Positions 36,720 to 49,304 of a stretch of DNA of 64,000 bases are shown here, piece after piece. Where the stretch lies: positions 62,001 to 126,000 of the forward strand of contig NW_027252026.1 in NCBI RefSeq assembly GCF_044704955.1, given 5' to 3'. Position numbers and translations under genes: made by a program. The notes beneath the pieces are model-generated. The model was not told the origin of the DNA. It made no database searches and saw only the letters and a list, made by a program, of their open reading frames with translations. The stretch comes from Pristiophorus japonicus (Eukaryota). Numbering within the stretch: position 1 is the stretch's first letter; every line of letters starts with the position of its first letter.

Positions 36720-38060
36720 AGAACATAAGAATATAGAAATAGAAGCAGGAGTCGGCCATTTGTCCCCGCAAGCCTGCTCCGCCATTTAATCAGATCATGG
36801 CTGATTTGATCTTGGGCTCAGCTACACTTCTCCGTCCACTCCCCATAATCCTTATCATTGAAACATATACTTGCATTGGAGGTAGTTCAGAGAAGATTCA
36901 CTCATTTGATTCCTGAGGTGAAGGGATTGACTTATGAAGAAAGGTTGAGCAGGTTGGGCCTATACACGTTGAAGTTCAGAAGAATGAGAGATGATCTTAT
37001 TAAGACATATAAAATAATGAGGGGGCTGGACAAAGTAAATGCAGAGAGGATGTTTCCACTCATGGAGTTATCTAGAACTAGGGTGCATAGTTTTCGAATA
37101 AGGGGTCGCCCATTTAAAACTGAGATGAGGAGGAATTTCTTCTCTCGGTTGTACATTCTCTGTGCCAGAGAGCTAAGGAGGCTGGGTCATTGAATATATT
37201 TAAAGCGGAGATAGCAGAATTTTGAGCGATAAGGGAGTAAATGCATATGGGGAGCGGGCTGGAAAGTTGAGCTGAGCCAATAATCAGATCAGCCATGATC
37301 TTATTGAATGGCGGACCAGGTTCGAGAGGCCCTTTGGCCTACTCCTGTTCCTATTTCCTATGTCTCTTATATTTACACAGTACCAGATCTAAGATACCCT
37401 GCTCCCTGGTTGTTTCCACAATGTACTGTCCAAGGAAACCATCCCAGATACACTCTATGAATTCTTCCTCAAGGCTATCGTGCCCAATTTGATTTGTCCA
37501 ATCAATATATAGAGTAAAATCACCCATGATTATTGCCGGAACTTTCTTACAAGATTCCAATACTGCTTTATTTATGCTCTGCCCAACAGTGTAGTTTCTG
37601 TTAGGGGGCCTATAGACTATGCCCACCAATAACTTCTTCCCCTTATTGTTTCTTATCTCCACCCAAATTGATTCTACATCTTGATCTTCTGAGCCAATAT
37701 CATTTCTCATTACTGCACTGATCTCATCCTTTATTAACAGAGCTACCCCACCTCCTTTTCCATTTTGTCCATCCTTCCGAATTGTCAAAAATCCCTGAAT
37801 TTTCAGTTCCCAGCCTTGGTCACCTTGCAACCATGGCTCTGTAATGGTTATCAGATCGTACCCATTTATATCTATTTGTGCCGTCAATTCATCTGTCTTG
37901 TTACAAATGCTGCGTGCATTCATATAAAGTGCTTTTGATTTTGTCTTTTACTATTTTCCCTGCTTTGACCTCACTTTCTGATACACTTATGTTTATAAAT
38001 TCTGTCCCTTCCTGTCACACTCTGGTTATCATTTCCCCCATCGCTCCCCTGCTCTACTGC
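36720..38060. mobile_element. CR1 mosaic: minus 3' tail, plus 3' fragment, minus endonuclease domain (mirror about 58950-60300)
   Basis: ORF 37351..37923 reads MNARSICNK..ITITEPWL..GGGVALLIK..YRPP..IMGDF, an APE-type endonuclease. Confidence 0.88.
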
Positions 38061-39469
38061 CTTCTAGCCGCTAAGCACTTGCTGCCCGAGTGCCACGCTG
38101 TCGGTGCCTGCCGTGAACCTCAGTGGTGGTTTAGCAGCGGCGCTATCAGTTAACGCCGTGCACTCTAGCACCACCCACTTGGTGACGTCATGGGTGTACA
38201 ACGCCACGTTAGTGCCGCGATCCTGAACTTCACTCCTTTCGCCTGCCGTAGCGCCTGGCACTGTCACCGACAGGGAGAGCGGGTGTTCCATGGAAGCTCC
38301 TGGGGCGATGTTATAGAGCAGGAGCCTGTGGCTGGTCAGTTGTAAAATCTTTTAACATTGCCGTGATTCTGTGAGGTCGCACATACTGCTGCCGGTGTTT
38401 CCAACGCTCCCTTCACCTTTCTGTAATTTTTCAGGTTTCCGAGCACCAGACCTTCATTATCCATGCAGTGCTACCACCCCTAGAGCCCTCAAAGTAGCGT
38501 AGAACGCTTCCCTAAGTGCTCCACTCCCCTCTTGGGGCGCTACTAGTGAATATCCCGTTTGGACACGGTAAACATCGCCCGGTGCTAATATTAGAACAGA
38601 TTTTTAGGCCTAAGACTCTCTGTGGGCTTTTGCACTGTAACTTGCGATAATCAGAGAGTAAAAACAGCGCGGTGCCCTCGACAGGGGATCTAGGACCTGT
38701 TTGAACACACCGTGATTCCTCCCGCAAAATCTGCACCATTGTAAAAAAAAAAGTATTATGAGTAATTGGATTGGTTAACAAATCATGACAGTGAAATGTT
38801 GGGTTTTTTCGACATAAAATGTTGACATGGGCCTTGAATTTTCTCGCAATCCTCAGCACTTGCACCATTATTGTGCTAAAAAAGAGCGAGGAAATTGGTT
38901 TTTTGACACATTTATGTACTGTGGGAAAACTCTCCATCCTCTCCAGAGGTTTTCGGGCCCGAGGACCATGGGAAGTGGATGGTGCCAATAAGTGTTCACC
39001 CATGTCCCTGATTACAGAAACAGGAAAGGGTTTATTTAAACTCAATATTGCAGATTTGTGACCAGTCTTGAGTTTCATCGAACAATAAAAGTGCGCCAGA
39101 GCTGAGCTACCTTCGGTGGACTGGATTGAATCGGTTTGGAGAATATAAAGGAGCAAAGCAAGTGCTGGTCATCCTGAGACAAGGGGCACTCCATCACACA
39201 TGGTGCAGTGAGAGTTTCAGCCCCTATCGGCCACTGGAGAACCAGTTAAAATGGAAGAATAGAAATGTTGTCCTGAAGTGGTGAACTGGCTGTCAGAGTT
39301 ACAGCAGCAGCAGTTATTTCTCCAGATGTTTGAACACTCAAAGGACTGACACCATCGACCACAACAGACCCAGAAGGTTTAGCAGGCTGCTCTAACACTA
39401 TCCAGCAAGATGCCCATTGAACACCACCTTCCTACAGTGCCTATACTTTATAAGCCGATTATAAAGTCC

Positions 39470-40100
39470 AGTCGTAGCCCGAGAATCACCTGCAACTACT
39501 TCTCTTCCCTAACCACCGACTCCATCCCTCTCCTGGCAACTGTCTGAGGCTGGACCAGACCGCTCGCAACCTTGGTGTCGCACTTGACCCCGAGATGAGC
39601 TTCTGACCACATATCCGCACCATCACCAAGATCGTCAACTTCAACCTCTGTAGCATCGTCAGACTCTGCCCCTGCCTCAGCTTATCTGTTGTTGAAACCT
39701 CCCATCCATGCCTTTGTTACCTCTAGACTTTACCCTTGTGCTCGTGACCTAAATTGGCTCCTGGTCTGTTAATGCCTCAAAAATTCTCATCCTTGTTTTC
39801 AAATCCCTCATCCCTCCCTGAATTCCACCAGCCCTACAACCCTCCGAGATCTCAGCGCTCCTCCAATTCTGGCCTCTTGTGCAACCTCGATTTCAATCGC
39901 TCCAACATTGGCGGCCATGCCTTCAGCTGCCTCGGCCCTAAGCACTAGAATTCCCTCCCTAAACCTCTCCGCCGCTCGACCTCTCTCTCCTCATTAAAAC
40001 CTACTACTTTGACCAAGCGCAGTATCACATTTTGTTTGATAATGCTCCTGTGAAGTGTCTTGGGATGTTTTACTATGTTACAGGTGCAAGTTGTTGTTAT
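39470..40100 (+). mobile_element. L2 3' fragment (mirror about 56910-57540)
   Basis: RNLGV..D and IGGHAFSCLGPK motifs plus an L2 tail. Confidence 0.75.
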
Positions 40101-40644
40101 GCATGTGAATCCTCTGAGGGCTACTGCCAGGAATAAAATCAGAAAATGCTGGAAACATTCAGCAGTTCAGAGCATCTACGGAGAGAGAAACAGAGTTAAC
40201 GTTTCAGGTTGATGGTCCTTCGTCAGTTCTGACCTGCTGAGTATTTCCAGCATTTTCTGTTTTGATTTCAGATTTCCAGCATCCGCAGTGTTGTGCTTTT
40301 GAGTCGCTGACAGGGTTTTCTGTACATGTTGAACCTCCCTTATCCAGAACCCTGGAAACCTGGCCTGTTCTGCATAAGGGATTTTTCCGGATGAGGGGTG
40401 GTCATGTTAAATTGGATGGTACAGGTACTGAGCAAGGGGATATCAGGGCTGGCTGGCTTGGGGCTGGGAGTGCGGCAGAGAGATCATGGGGCGGGGGTTG
40501 GATCGCAGGGTCAGGCCAACGATTGCTGGAGTCGGCAGCGAGGAAGGACTTCAATTTGTTCATGTAGGACTTCTGAGCATGTGCCACCGGTGGCCGGGAA
40601 TGGTTCTGGACGAGGGGTGGCTCTGGATACGGGAGTTCTGGATA

Positions 40645-42420
40645 AGAACATAATAACATCATAAATAGGAGCAGGAGTAGGCCATACGGCACCTCAAGCC
40701 TGCTCTGCCATTTAATACGATCTTGGCTGATCCGATCATGGTCTCAGATCCACTTCCCTGCCCGTTCCCCATAACCCCTTATTCCCTTATCGGTTCAAAA
40801 ACTGTCTATCTCTATCGTAAATTTATTCAGTGTCCCAGCTTCAATAGCTCTCTGAGGCAGTGAATTCCACAGTTTTACAACCCTCTGAGGAAATAAATTT
40901 TTCCTCATCTCAGTTTTAAAACGGCCCCTTATTCTAAGATTATGCCCCCTAGTTCTAGTCTCCCCTATCAGTGGAAACATTCTCTCTGTATCCACCTTGT
41001 CAAGCCCCCTCATCATCTTATACATTTCGATAAGATCACCTCTCAATTCCAATGATTAGAGACCCAACCTACTCAACCTTTCCACATAGGTTAACCCCCT
41101 CATCTCCGGAATCAACCTTGTGAACCTTCTCTGAACTGCCGCCAAAGCAAGTATATCCTTTCATAAATATTCGAGGTGTGGCCTCACCAATATCCTGTAT
41201 AACTGTAGCAAGACTTCCCTACTTTTATACTCCATCCCCTTTGCAATAAAAAACAAGATTACATTGGCCTTCCTGATCACTTGCTGTACTGTAGCACTTT
41301 GCAATCTTTCTCCATTTAAATAATAACTTGCTCTTTGAATTTTTCTGCCAAAGTACGTGACCTCACACTTTCCAACATTATACTCCATCTGCCAAATTTT
41401 TACCCACTCACTTAGCCTGTCTACGTTCTTTTGCAGATTTTTTGTGTCCTCCTCACCCATTGCTTTTCCTCCCATCTTTGTATCGTCAGCAAACTTGGCA
41501 ACGTGACACTCAGTCCCTTCTTCCAAGTCGTTAATATAGATTGTAAATAGTTGTGGTCCCGGCACTGATCCCTGTGGCACCCCACTAGTTACTGATTGTC
41601 AACCCGAGAATGAACCATTTATCCTGACTCTCTGTTTTCTGTTCGTTAGCCAATCCTCTATCCATGCTAATATATTACCCCCAACCCCGTGAACTTTTAT
41701 CTTGTGCAGTAACCTTTTATGTGGCACCTTGCCTTCTGGAAGTCCAAATACACCACATCCACTGGTTCCCCTTCATCCATCCTGTTCGTTGCATCCTCAA
41801 AGAATTCCAGCAAATTTGTCAAACATGACTTCCCCTTCATAAATCCATGCTGACTCTGCCTGACCGAATTATGCTTTTCTAAATGTCCTGCTACTGCTTC
41901 TTTAATAATGGACTCCAACATTTTCCCAACCACAGATGTTAGGCTAACTGGTCTCTCGTTTCCCGCTTTTTGTCTGCCTTTTTTTTTTAAAAATAGGGTC
42001 GTTACATTTGCAGTTTTCCAATCTGCTGGGACTTCCCCAGAATCCAGGGAATGTTGGTATATTACAACCAGTGCATCTACTATCCCTGCCGCTACTTCTC
42101 TTAAGAGCTTAGGATGCAAGCCATCATGTCATGGGGATTTATCTGCCTTTAGACCCATTATCTTACTGAGTACCACCTCCATTGTGATTGTGTTAAGTTC
42201 TTCGCCCCCTCCCCCCCTCCATTGCCCCTTGACTATCCACTGTTGGGATATTGTTAGTGTCCTCTACTGTAAAGACTGATACAAAATATTTGTTCAGAGT
42301 TTCTGCCATCTCCATGTTCCCCATTACTAATTCCCCGGTCGCGTCCGCTAAGGGACCAACATTTACTTTAGCCACTCTTCCTGTTTATATACCTATAGAA
42401 ACTCTTGCTATCTGTTTTTA
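40645..42420 (-). mobile_element. CR1 LINE (minus); the inner breakpoint of the inverted duplication lies inside it
   Basis: ORFs 40795, 41161, 41697 and 42193 with CR1 RT motifs. Only the part up to 41529 is copied at 55481. Confidence 0.9.
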
Positions 42421-43054
42421 AGGGAGGTTCAACCTGTACTTGAAATGAAGGCACAGGTTTCACCCACTCAGTGTTGAAGGGGAGAATGTGGGGCAGTAAT
42501 AATGTCCAATGAAGCCTTTTTTCCACAGCCTCAGAGATGTGATCACACAGTCACGGCAATGTTTGCACCGCAAGTTTAACGTTGGTGCATAACTAAAGTT
42601 CCATTGCAAATCCAGTGTCAGGATTTAACTCCACTCTGGAGTGAGGTGCAGTGAGAGTCAAAGTCCGACATTAATCCAGAGCGCCATTTGGATATCCTGT
42701 TAAAGGTGCTATATAAATGCAAGTTATTTTTATGCAGACAGATACAGTGATCTTTCCTAAACAGGCAGCCAGGAGCCAAGTCATACTTAAAGCCAAACTC
42801 CAGCTCCCGTCTCACACCAGAAGTTGGTGTAAATGCACGCTGAATGGAATCTGCCAATATAATAATGCTGCTTCCTCTTCTGAGGCACACATGTTGAAAT
42901 TGGATATTAATAAATTCAGCACATTGCTAGATCACTGCAGAATATGTATGTCTAACAGGACACGGTTTCGCAATCAGGAACAGAACCCATCAAAAGTCGA
43001 ACATACTGAACCAAACATTCACTACTTCCAAACCAAACTGGAACAAGTACCTAC

Positions 43055-43106
43055 CCACAGAAGAGCAGAGGGTCAGAGTGAAAACCAGGAATATTTTACA
43101 GATCAT
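43055..43106 (-). pseudogene. Exon 1: signal-peptide (leader) exon MICKIFLVFTLTLCSSV(G)
   Basis: Minus strand reads ggaATG ATC TGT AAA ATA TTC CTG GTT TTC ACT CTG ACC CTC TGC TCT TCT GTG G|GTAGGT. It is 52 nt, hydrophobic, and its phase-1 donor fits the V1 acceptor, giving ...SSVGAVA/EPVL, the split-leader layout typical of Ig/TCR genes. Confidence 0.8.
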
Positions 43107-43470
43107 TCCAACTGGAAAGCGTGCCCCTACAGCCACTAATCTATCAGACACTATAATCTATCAGATAAGCAGATGTTACTTGGTGACACCAGTTACTTGT
43201 GACAAATCATCAGGTGGTACGTAGAGGGAGGAGGGACAGATATCAAAGCAAACAGGCTGACAAGACTTCAGTGATACTAAATGAAAAGGATAATACAATA
43301 ATTGGGTTGTGCGTAAGGCAGCTTGGAAGCAAATTCCGAATTCTGGTCTAACTCCTTAACTGCAGTTATTTTCCCAGCTCCTGCTCCCACCAGAGGAACT
43401 GAGTGTTTCTACCCATTGTCAACAGTACCTTTTACATCTTCCAATCTTCAAAATGTGGTTCCAGGGAAGC
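43107..43470 (-). promoter_or_regulatory. Putative lymphoid-type promoter upstream of the leader exon
   Basis: GATA sites at 43141-43168 (within a duplicated TAATCTATCAGA), E-boxes CAGATG 43170 and CAGGTG 43211, TCF/LEF-type ATCAAAG 43242, RUNX-type TGTGGTT 43454. Motif matches only. Confidence 0.4.
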
Positions 43471-44534
43471 CAAGCTGATGAAAGAAAGTGATGCAAGGTT
43501 TACGAACCAATATAATGAATACAGGACAGCTACAAAAGGATAAATAAGAGAGTAACAGAGTTAACTAGCAATAAAAACATAAAGGAAATAAAAAGGCTTC
43601 AACAAGCATATTGGGTAGTGAGCAGGTAGTCAGGGCTACTGAGAGATGGGGGAGGCAAAGGTCGTCGTGGGAGGGTGGGAATGAAAGCGATATGACATAA
43701 GGCCTTTGTCTCAGCTTTCATAGAGGAGGTGGTTATTGAGATGTAGAACCAGCAGAGGTGGGGGTTATTATTCACACACAGATTGGACACAACACACAAC
43801 TTAAACTTAAGGTAGGTGGATGGTTTCCATCTCAGGATCTTGAGGGAAATGAGTGAAGAAATACTTCAAATGGGCACCCAGCACAAAGGGGCAGAAGGGG
43901 AAGCTCACATTAACGGTAACGATGGCACCTCTGCTTGGGCCCACATGCCACCTTTGCCCCTATGTCCAGCTGCTTCCATGTTGCATCCTCACTAATTCCA
44001 TCCTGGCATCTTACCTGTCCGAGCATCAGCACTGATACGCCCATTAGTGAGGCACTGGACAGTGAGAAGGGTTATCACCAGGCGAACCACTAGTGAGAAT
44101 GAAGACCGAGGAGTGGAAGAGAGGATCAGTACCGTTCCACCATGGCAGGAGGAGAAACAACAGTCCTCCACGAACGGCCCAGGCCAATGATTTGGGAGCA
44201 TCAGTCTCGTGAGCAGCTGGTGGAGACACTTTCCACGCATGTGGTTGAGAGGATGAACAAGTGGGAGGAGTCCAGCACCAACATCTGCAACAATATTTAT
44301 TCTTCCTGCACCTCCCAAAAAGCCTCCTGAACTTCGACTTAGCTGCTGCCAGACTGATCAACCTACTCCTCCCCCTGAATACTTTTCTGCCAACTTGACT
44401 CCCCAGATTTCGAACCCCTCCCTCCCAAAATGGCGAGCTACCATATGATTAATTATAACGTGCCTTCAGCTTGGTGGTTCCATGCAAATGAGGCCTGACC
44501 CTGAAAATGAATCCGGCTTCTTACAGCCTACCTC

Positions 44535-46200
44535 AACAACAACAACAACTGGTATTTATATAGCACCTTTAACACAGTGAAACATCCCAAGGTGCTTCAC
44601 AGGAGTATTATGAGACAATAAAAATTGACACCAAGCCACATAAGGAGAAATTAGCGCAGGTGATCAAAAGCTTGTTCAAAGAGGTAGGTTTTAAGGATTG
44701 TCTTGAAGGAGGAAAGAGAGGCAGAGAGGTTTAGACAGGGAGTTCTAGAGCTTAGGGCCCAGGCAACAGAAGGTATGGCCACCAATGGTTGAGTGATTAT
44801 AATCGGGGATGCTCAAGAGGGCAGAATTAGAGGAACGCAGAGATCTCGAACAATGACGGACAGGAAAAGACCTACTGCTCCATCCAGCCTGTCCCACACA
44901 ATTGTGATACCTTGTGTACCACAATATATACACTCCACCCCACTCAAAACCATGTCATCTCCTGGGAGAGGTGAAAAAACAGAAAGAAACCCAGGCCAAA
45001 TGAGGGAAAAATGCGGGAAATTCCTCTCCGCCCCCTGCCCCCAGGTGATCGAAACTAATCCGGGAGATCACGTTGGCCCTGATAATTTCTTGCAGTACCT
45101 ACCTATTGTATGAGGTGATCTCCACCCCAACCAGAAACAGGTTCAGCTCTCGCTTGAAGAAATTCAGTGAATCCGTGTCCATCGCATGAGCCAGCAGTCT
45201 GTTCCAGGGTAGAAACATAGAAAATAGGCGCAGGAGTAGGCCATTCGGCCCTTCGAGCCTGCACCACCATTCAATGGCTGATCATTCCCTCAGTACCCCT
45301 TTCCTGCTTTCTCTCCATATCCCTTGATCTCCTTAGCCCTAAGGGCCATATCTAACTCCTTCTTGAATATATCCAATGAACGGGCATCAACAACTCTCTA
45401 CGGCAGGGAATTCCACAGGTTAACAACTCTGAGTGAAGAAGTTTCTCCTCATCTCAGTCCTAATTGGCCTACCCCTTATCCTAAAACTGTGTCCCCTGGT
45501 TCTGGATTTCTCCTACATCGGGAACATTCTACCTGCATCTAACCTGTCCCGTCCCGTCAGAATCTTGTCTGTTTCTATGAGATTCCCTCTCATCCTTCTA
45601 AACCCCAATGTATAAAGGCCCAGTTGATCCAGTCTTTTCTCATGCGTCAGTCCTGCCATCCCAGGAATTAGTCTGATGAACCTTCGCTAAACTCCCTAAA
45701 TAGCAAGAACGCCCTTCCTCAGATTCGGAGACCAAAACTGAACACAATATTCCAGGTGAGGCCTCACCAAGGTCCTGTACAACTGCAGTAAGACCTCCCT
45801 GCTCAAGTACTCAAATCCCCTAGCTATGAAGGCCAGGGTCCACTGTTCCCTGGGCAAAGAACCACCTCCTAACATCTAACCTCGATCTGGCCTTACAAAA
45901 TTTCACATCGTGACCCCTGGTCCTCCCTAACCTTTGTAATTGGAACAAACTGTCAACTCGAACATAATCGCTTCCCTTCATTATCTTATAAACCTTGATT
46001 AGATCAGCCCTAAGTCTTCTCCAATATGTAGAGTCCCAGCTCGTTGAGCCTACCTTGATAACTAGGAAACTTTAAACTGGGAACTAGTCAAGTGGCCCTC
46101 CTCTGCACCCTTTGCAAAGCCTCAAAATCACCCACCATGTGAGGATACCAAAACTGACACAGTGTTCCACGTGCAGCCTGAGGAAGGTCTCTTACAAGGG
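44535..46200 (-). mobile_element. Nested L2 tail (44535-44850) and two CR1-family fragments
   Basis: L2 3' motifs, and a CR1 3' end at 45210-45835 inserted in another CR1-like element. Confidence 0.65.
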
Positions 46201-46500
46201 GAGAAAGTATACTCACTATTTTAGGATCTCTCCGCCCATCACCTGCCCGATGAATGCTCCACTTCAAGATTATCCCTGGGTCTGTAAGTGTAGTAGATCA
46301 TTTACTATGAAGATAATTCCTCATGTGGGGGGAGGGGGTGAAAATGGGTATCTTTGAACTAGGCTGTGAGTGACAGTTTCATTCAATGGTCAGCGGCACC
46401 TTTATAATATTTGCTTAATATCAGTCTGGGCTTCAAAGCGAAGGATGGGTATGACTGTTCCTGAATTTGAAACTTTTGTTCATTGAAACTGATTATTTTT

Positions 46501-48840
46501 GTCGATTAATTAGCAATCTCGTTGTGCGAGGCCCCTTGGGGAAGAGTGACCATAATATGGTGGAATTCTGCATTAGGATGGAGAATGAAACAGTTAATTC
46601 AGAGACCATGGTGCAGAACTTAAAGAAGGGTAACTTTGAAGGTATGAGGCGTGAATTGGCTAGGATAGATTGGCGAATGATACTTAAGGGGTTGACTGTG
46701 GATGGGCAATGGCAGACATTTAGAGACCGCATGGATGAACTACAACAATTGTACATTCCTGTCTGCCGTAAAAATAAAAAAGGGAAGGTGGCTCAACCGT
46801 GGCTATCAAGGGAAATCAGGGATAGTATTAAAGCCAAGGAAGTGGCATACAAATTGGCCAGAAATAGCAGCGAACCCGGGGACTGGGAGAAATTTAGAAC
46901 TCAGCAGAGGAGGACAAAGGGTTTGATTAGGGCAGGGAAAATGGAGTACGAGAAGAAGCTTGCAGGGAACATTAAGACGGATTGCAAAAGTTTCTATAGA
47001 TATGTAAAGGGAAAAAGGTTAGTAAAGACAAACGTAGGTCCCCTGCAGTCAGAATCGGGGGAAGTCATAACGGGGAACAAAGAAATGGCGGACCAATTGA
47101 ACAAGTACTTTGGTTCGGTATTCACTAAGGAGGACACAAACAACCTTCCGGATATAAAAGAAGTCAGAGGGTCTAGTAAGGAGGAGGAACTGAGGGAAAT
47201 CCTTATTAGTCGGGAAATTGTGTTGGGGAAATTGATGGGATTGAAGGCCGATAAGTCCCCAGGGCCTGATGGACTGCATCCCAGAGTACTTAAGGAGGTG
47301 GCCTTGGAAATAGTGGATGCATTGACAGTCATTTTCCAACATTCCATTGACTCTGGATCAGTTCCTATGGAGTGGAGGGTAGCCAATGTAACCTCACTTT
47401 TTAAAAAAGGAGGGAGAGAGAAAACAGGGAATTATAGACCGGTCAGCCTGACATCGGTAGTGGGTAAAATGATGGAATCAATTATTAAGGATGTCATAGC
47501 AGTGCATTTGGAAAGAGGTGACATGATAGGTCCAAGTCAGCATGGATTTGTGAAAGGGAAATCATGCTTGACAAATCTTTTGGAATTTTTTGAGGATGTT
47601 TCCAGTAGAGTGGACAAGGGAGAACCAGTTGATGTGGTATATTTGGACTTTCAGAAGGCTTTCGACAAGGTCCCACACAAGAGATTGATGTGCAAAGTTA
47701 AAGCACATGGGATTGGGGGTAGTGTGCTGACATGGATTGAGAACTGGTTGTCAGACAGGAAACAAAGAGTAGGAGTAAATGGGGACTTTTCAGAATGGCA
47801 GGCAGTGACTAGTGGGGTACCGCAAGGCTCTGTGCTGGGGCCCCAGCTGTTTACACTGTACATTAATGATTTAGACGAGGGGATTAAATGTAGTATCTCC
47901 AAATTTGCGGATGACACTAAGTTGGGTGGCAGTGTGAGCTGCGAGGAGGATGCTATGAGGCTGCAGAACGACTTGGATAGGTTAGGTGAGTGGGCAAAGG
48001 CATGGCAGATGAAGTATAATGTGGATAAATGTGAGGTTATCCACTTTGGTGGTAAAAACAGAGAGACAGACTATTATCTGAATGGTGACAGATTAGGAAA
48101 AGGGGAGGTGCAAAGACACCTGGGTGTCATGGTACATCAGTCATTGAAGGTTGGCATGCAGGTACAGCAGGCGGTTAAGAAAGCAAATGGCATGTTGGCC
48201 TTCATAGCGAGGGGATTTGAGTACAGAGGCAGGGACGTGTTGCTACAGTTGTACAGGGCCTTGGTGAGGCCACACCTGGAGTATTGTGTACAGTTTTGGT
48301 CTCCTAACCTGAGGAAGGACATTCTTGCTATTGAGGGAGTGCAGCGTAGGTTCACCAGACTGATTCCCGGGATGGCGGGACTGACCTATCAAGAAAGACT
48401 GGATCAACTGGGCTTGTATTCACTGGAGTTCAGAAGAATGAGAGGGGACCTCATAGAAACGTTTAAGATTCTGAAGGGGTTAGACAGGTTGGATGCAGGA
48501 AGAATGTTCCCAATGTTGGGGAAGTCCAGAACCAGGGGACACAGTCTAAGGATAAGGGGTAAGCCATTTAGGACCGAGATGAGGAGGAACTTCTTCACCC
48601 AGAGAGTGGTGAACCTGTGGAATTCTCTGCCACAGAAAGTTGTTGAGGCCAATTCACTAAATATATTCAAAAAGGAGTTAGATGTAGTCCTTACTAGTAG
48701 GGGGATCAAGGGGTATGGCGAGAAAGCAGGAATGGGGTACTGAAGTTGCATGTTCAGCCATGAACTCATTGAATGGCGGTGCAGGCTAGAAGGGCCGAAT
48801 GGCCTACTCCTGCACCTATTTTCTATGTTTCTATGTTTCT
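46501..48840 (+). mobile_element. Young 5'-truncated CR1 LINE with an uninterrupted ORF2 remainder of about 745 codons
   Basis: ORF 46467..48743 has the end of the endonuclease (LGKSDH), all RT motifs, no stops, and a (TTCTATGT)n tail. Confidence 0.97.
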
Positions 48841-49304
48841 AATTGCACCTCGCTCCTATTTTACGATCGGAATAACATGCCCATGGGAGACGTGCCAATC
48901 GCAGTCTCAGCCTTCACATTTTAACCTAATATGGTTTGCAGAATCAAACGTGGGCCTGAGTTGAGGAAATAGGCTGAGAAATGGGCAGGGGCCAAAGGAA
49001 ATACTGTGTAAAGTCTGTGGTTTATGTGCTTAGCTCTCGAGCTTGATCTTTATATCGTTGTGAACAAGTTTCTCACACATTATTCAGCAGAAGCTTTTTA
49101 TTTTTCATTTCACTGATGCAAGTAAATGTCAGAAAAAATTAAACTTTACAAAAACCTCAATATTTGATGCAGCAAAACCACTTAATGTAAGTTAACAACA
49201 AGAACAACTGGTATCTATATAGCACCTTCAACAGGGTACAACGTTCCAAGATGCTTCACAGGAGCATTATAAAGCACAATTTCAACTGAACCACAGAAAA
49301 GCTT

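Larger units (their letters stand above)
33017..41529 (+). repeat. Left arm of a large inverted segmental duplication (extent visible in this window)
   Basis: Reverse complement of 55481-64000. ORF pairs mirror each other (33048/63969, 33765/63252, 37351/59658, 38064/58945, 39754/57258) and unique non-TE stretches are included. Differences are scattered substitutions and small indels. Confidence 0.95.
18367..43106 (-). pseudogene. Non-rearranging antigen-receptor-like IgSF receptor gene (leader-VJ-VJ-TM-cytoplasmic tail, 7 coding exons), disabled copy
   Basis: Seven exons with GT/AG signals and compatible phases (1,1,1,1,0,0, after allowing for the V2 frameshift). They join into MICKIFLVFTLTLCSSVGAVA-EPVLVQSP..V1..GAGTQLNVI-GVVIQSP..V2..QLNVT-NPNVQMDEDLR[TM]..-tail-VKKQNPF*. 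Disabling lesions are an in-frame TAG at 30568-30570 and a frameshift near the end of V2. Confidence 0.85.

Noticed and set aside
42717-43139. 140-aa + strand ORF
   Set aside because: No recognisable motif. It overlaps the leader exon antisense and begins in a SINE/L2 tail remnant.
43850-44520. Possible Harbinger/Myb-SANT transposon remnant, and GC-rich MITE-like blocks at 3465-3860, 19060-19400, 20700-21300 and 38060-38860
   Set aside because: They look repetitive, but I could not establish terminal inverted repeats, TSDs or a diagnostic motif by eye.
46467-48743. 758-aa host protein gene
   Set aside because: It is CR1 ORF2, 5'-truncated. The apparent start is a TTG in flanking DNA.
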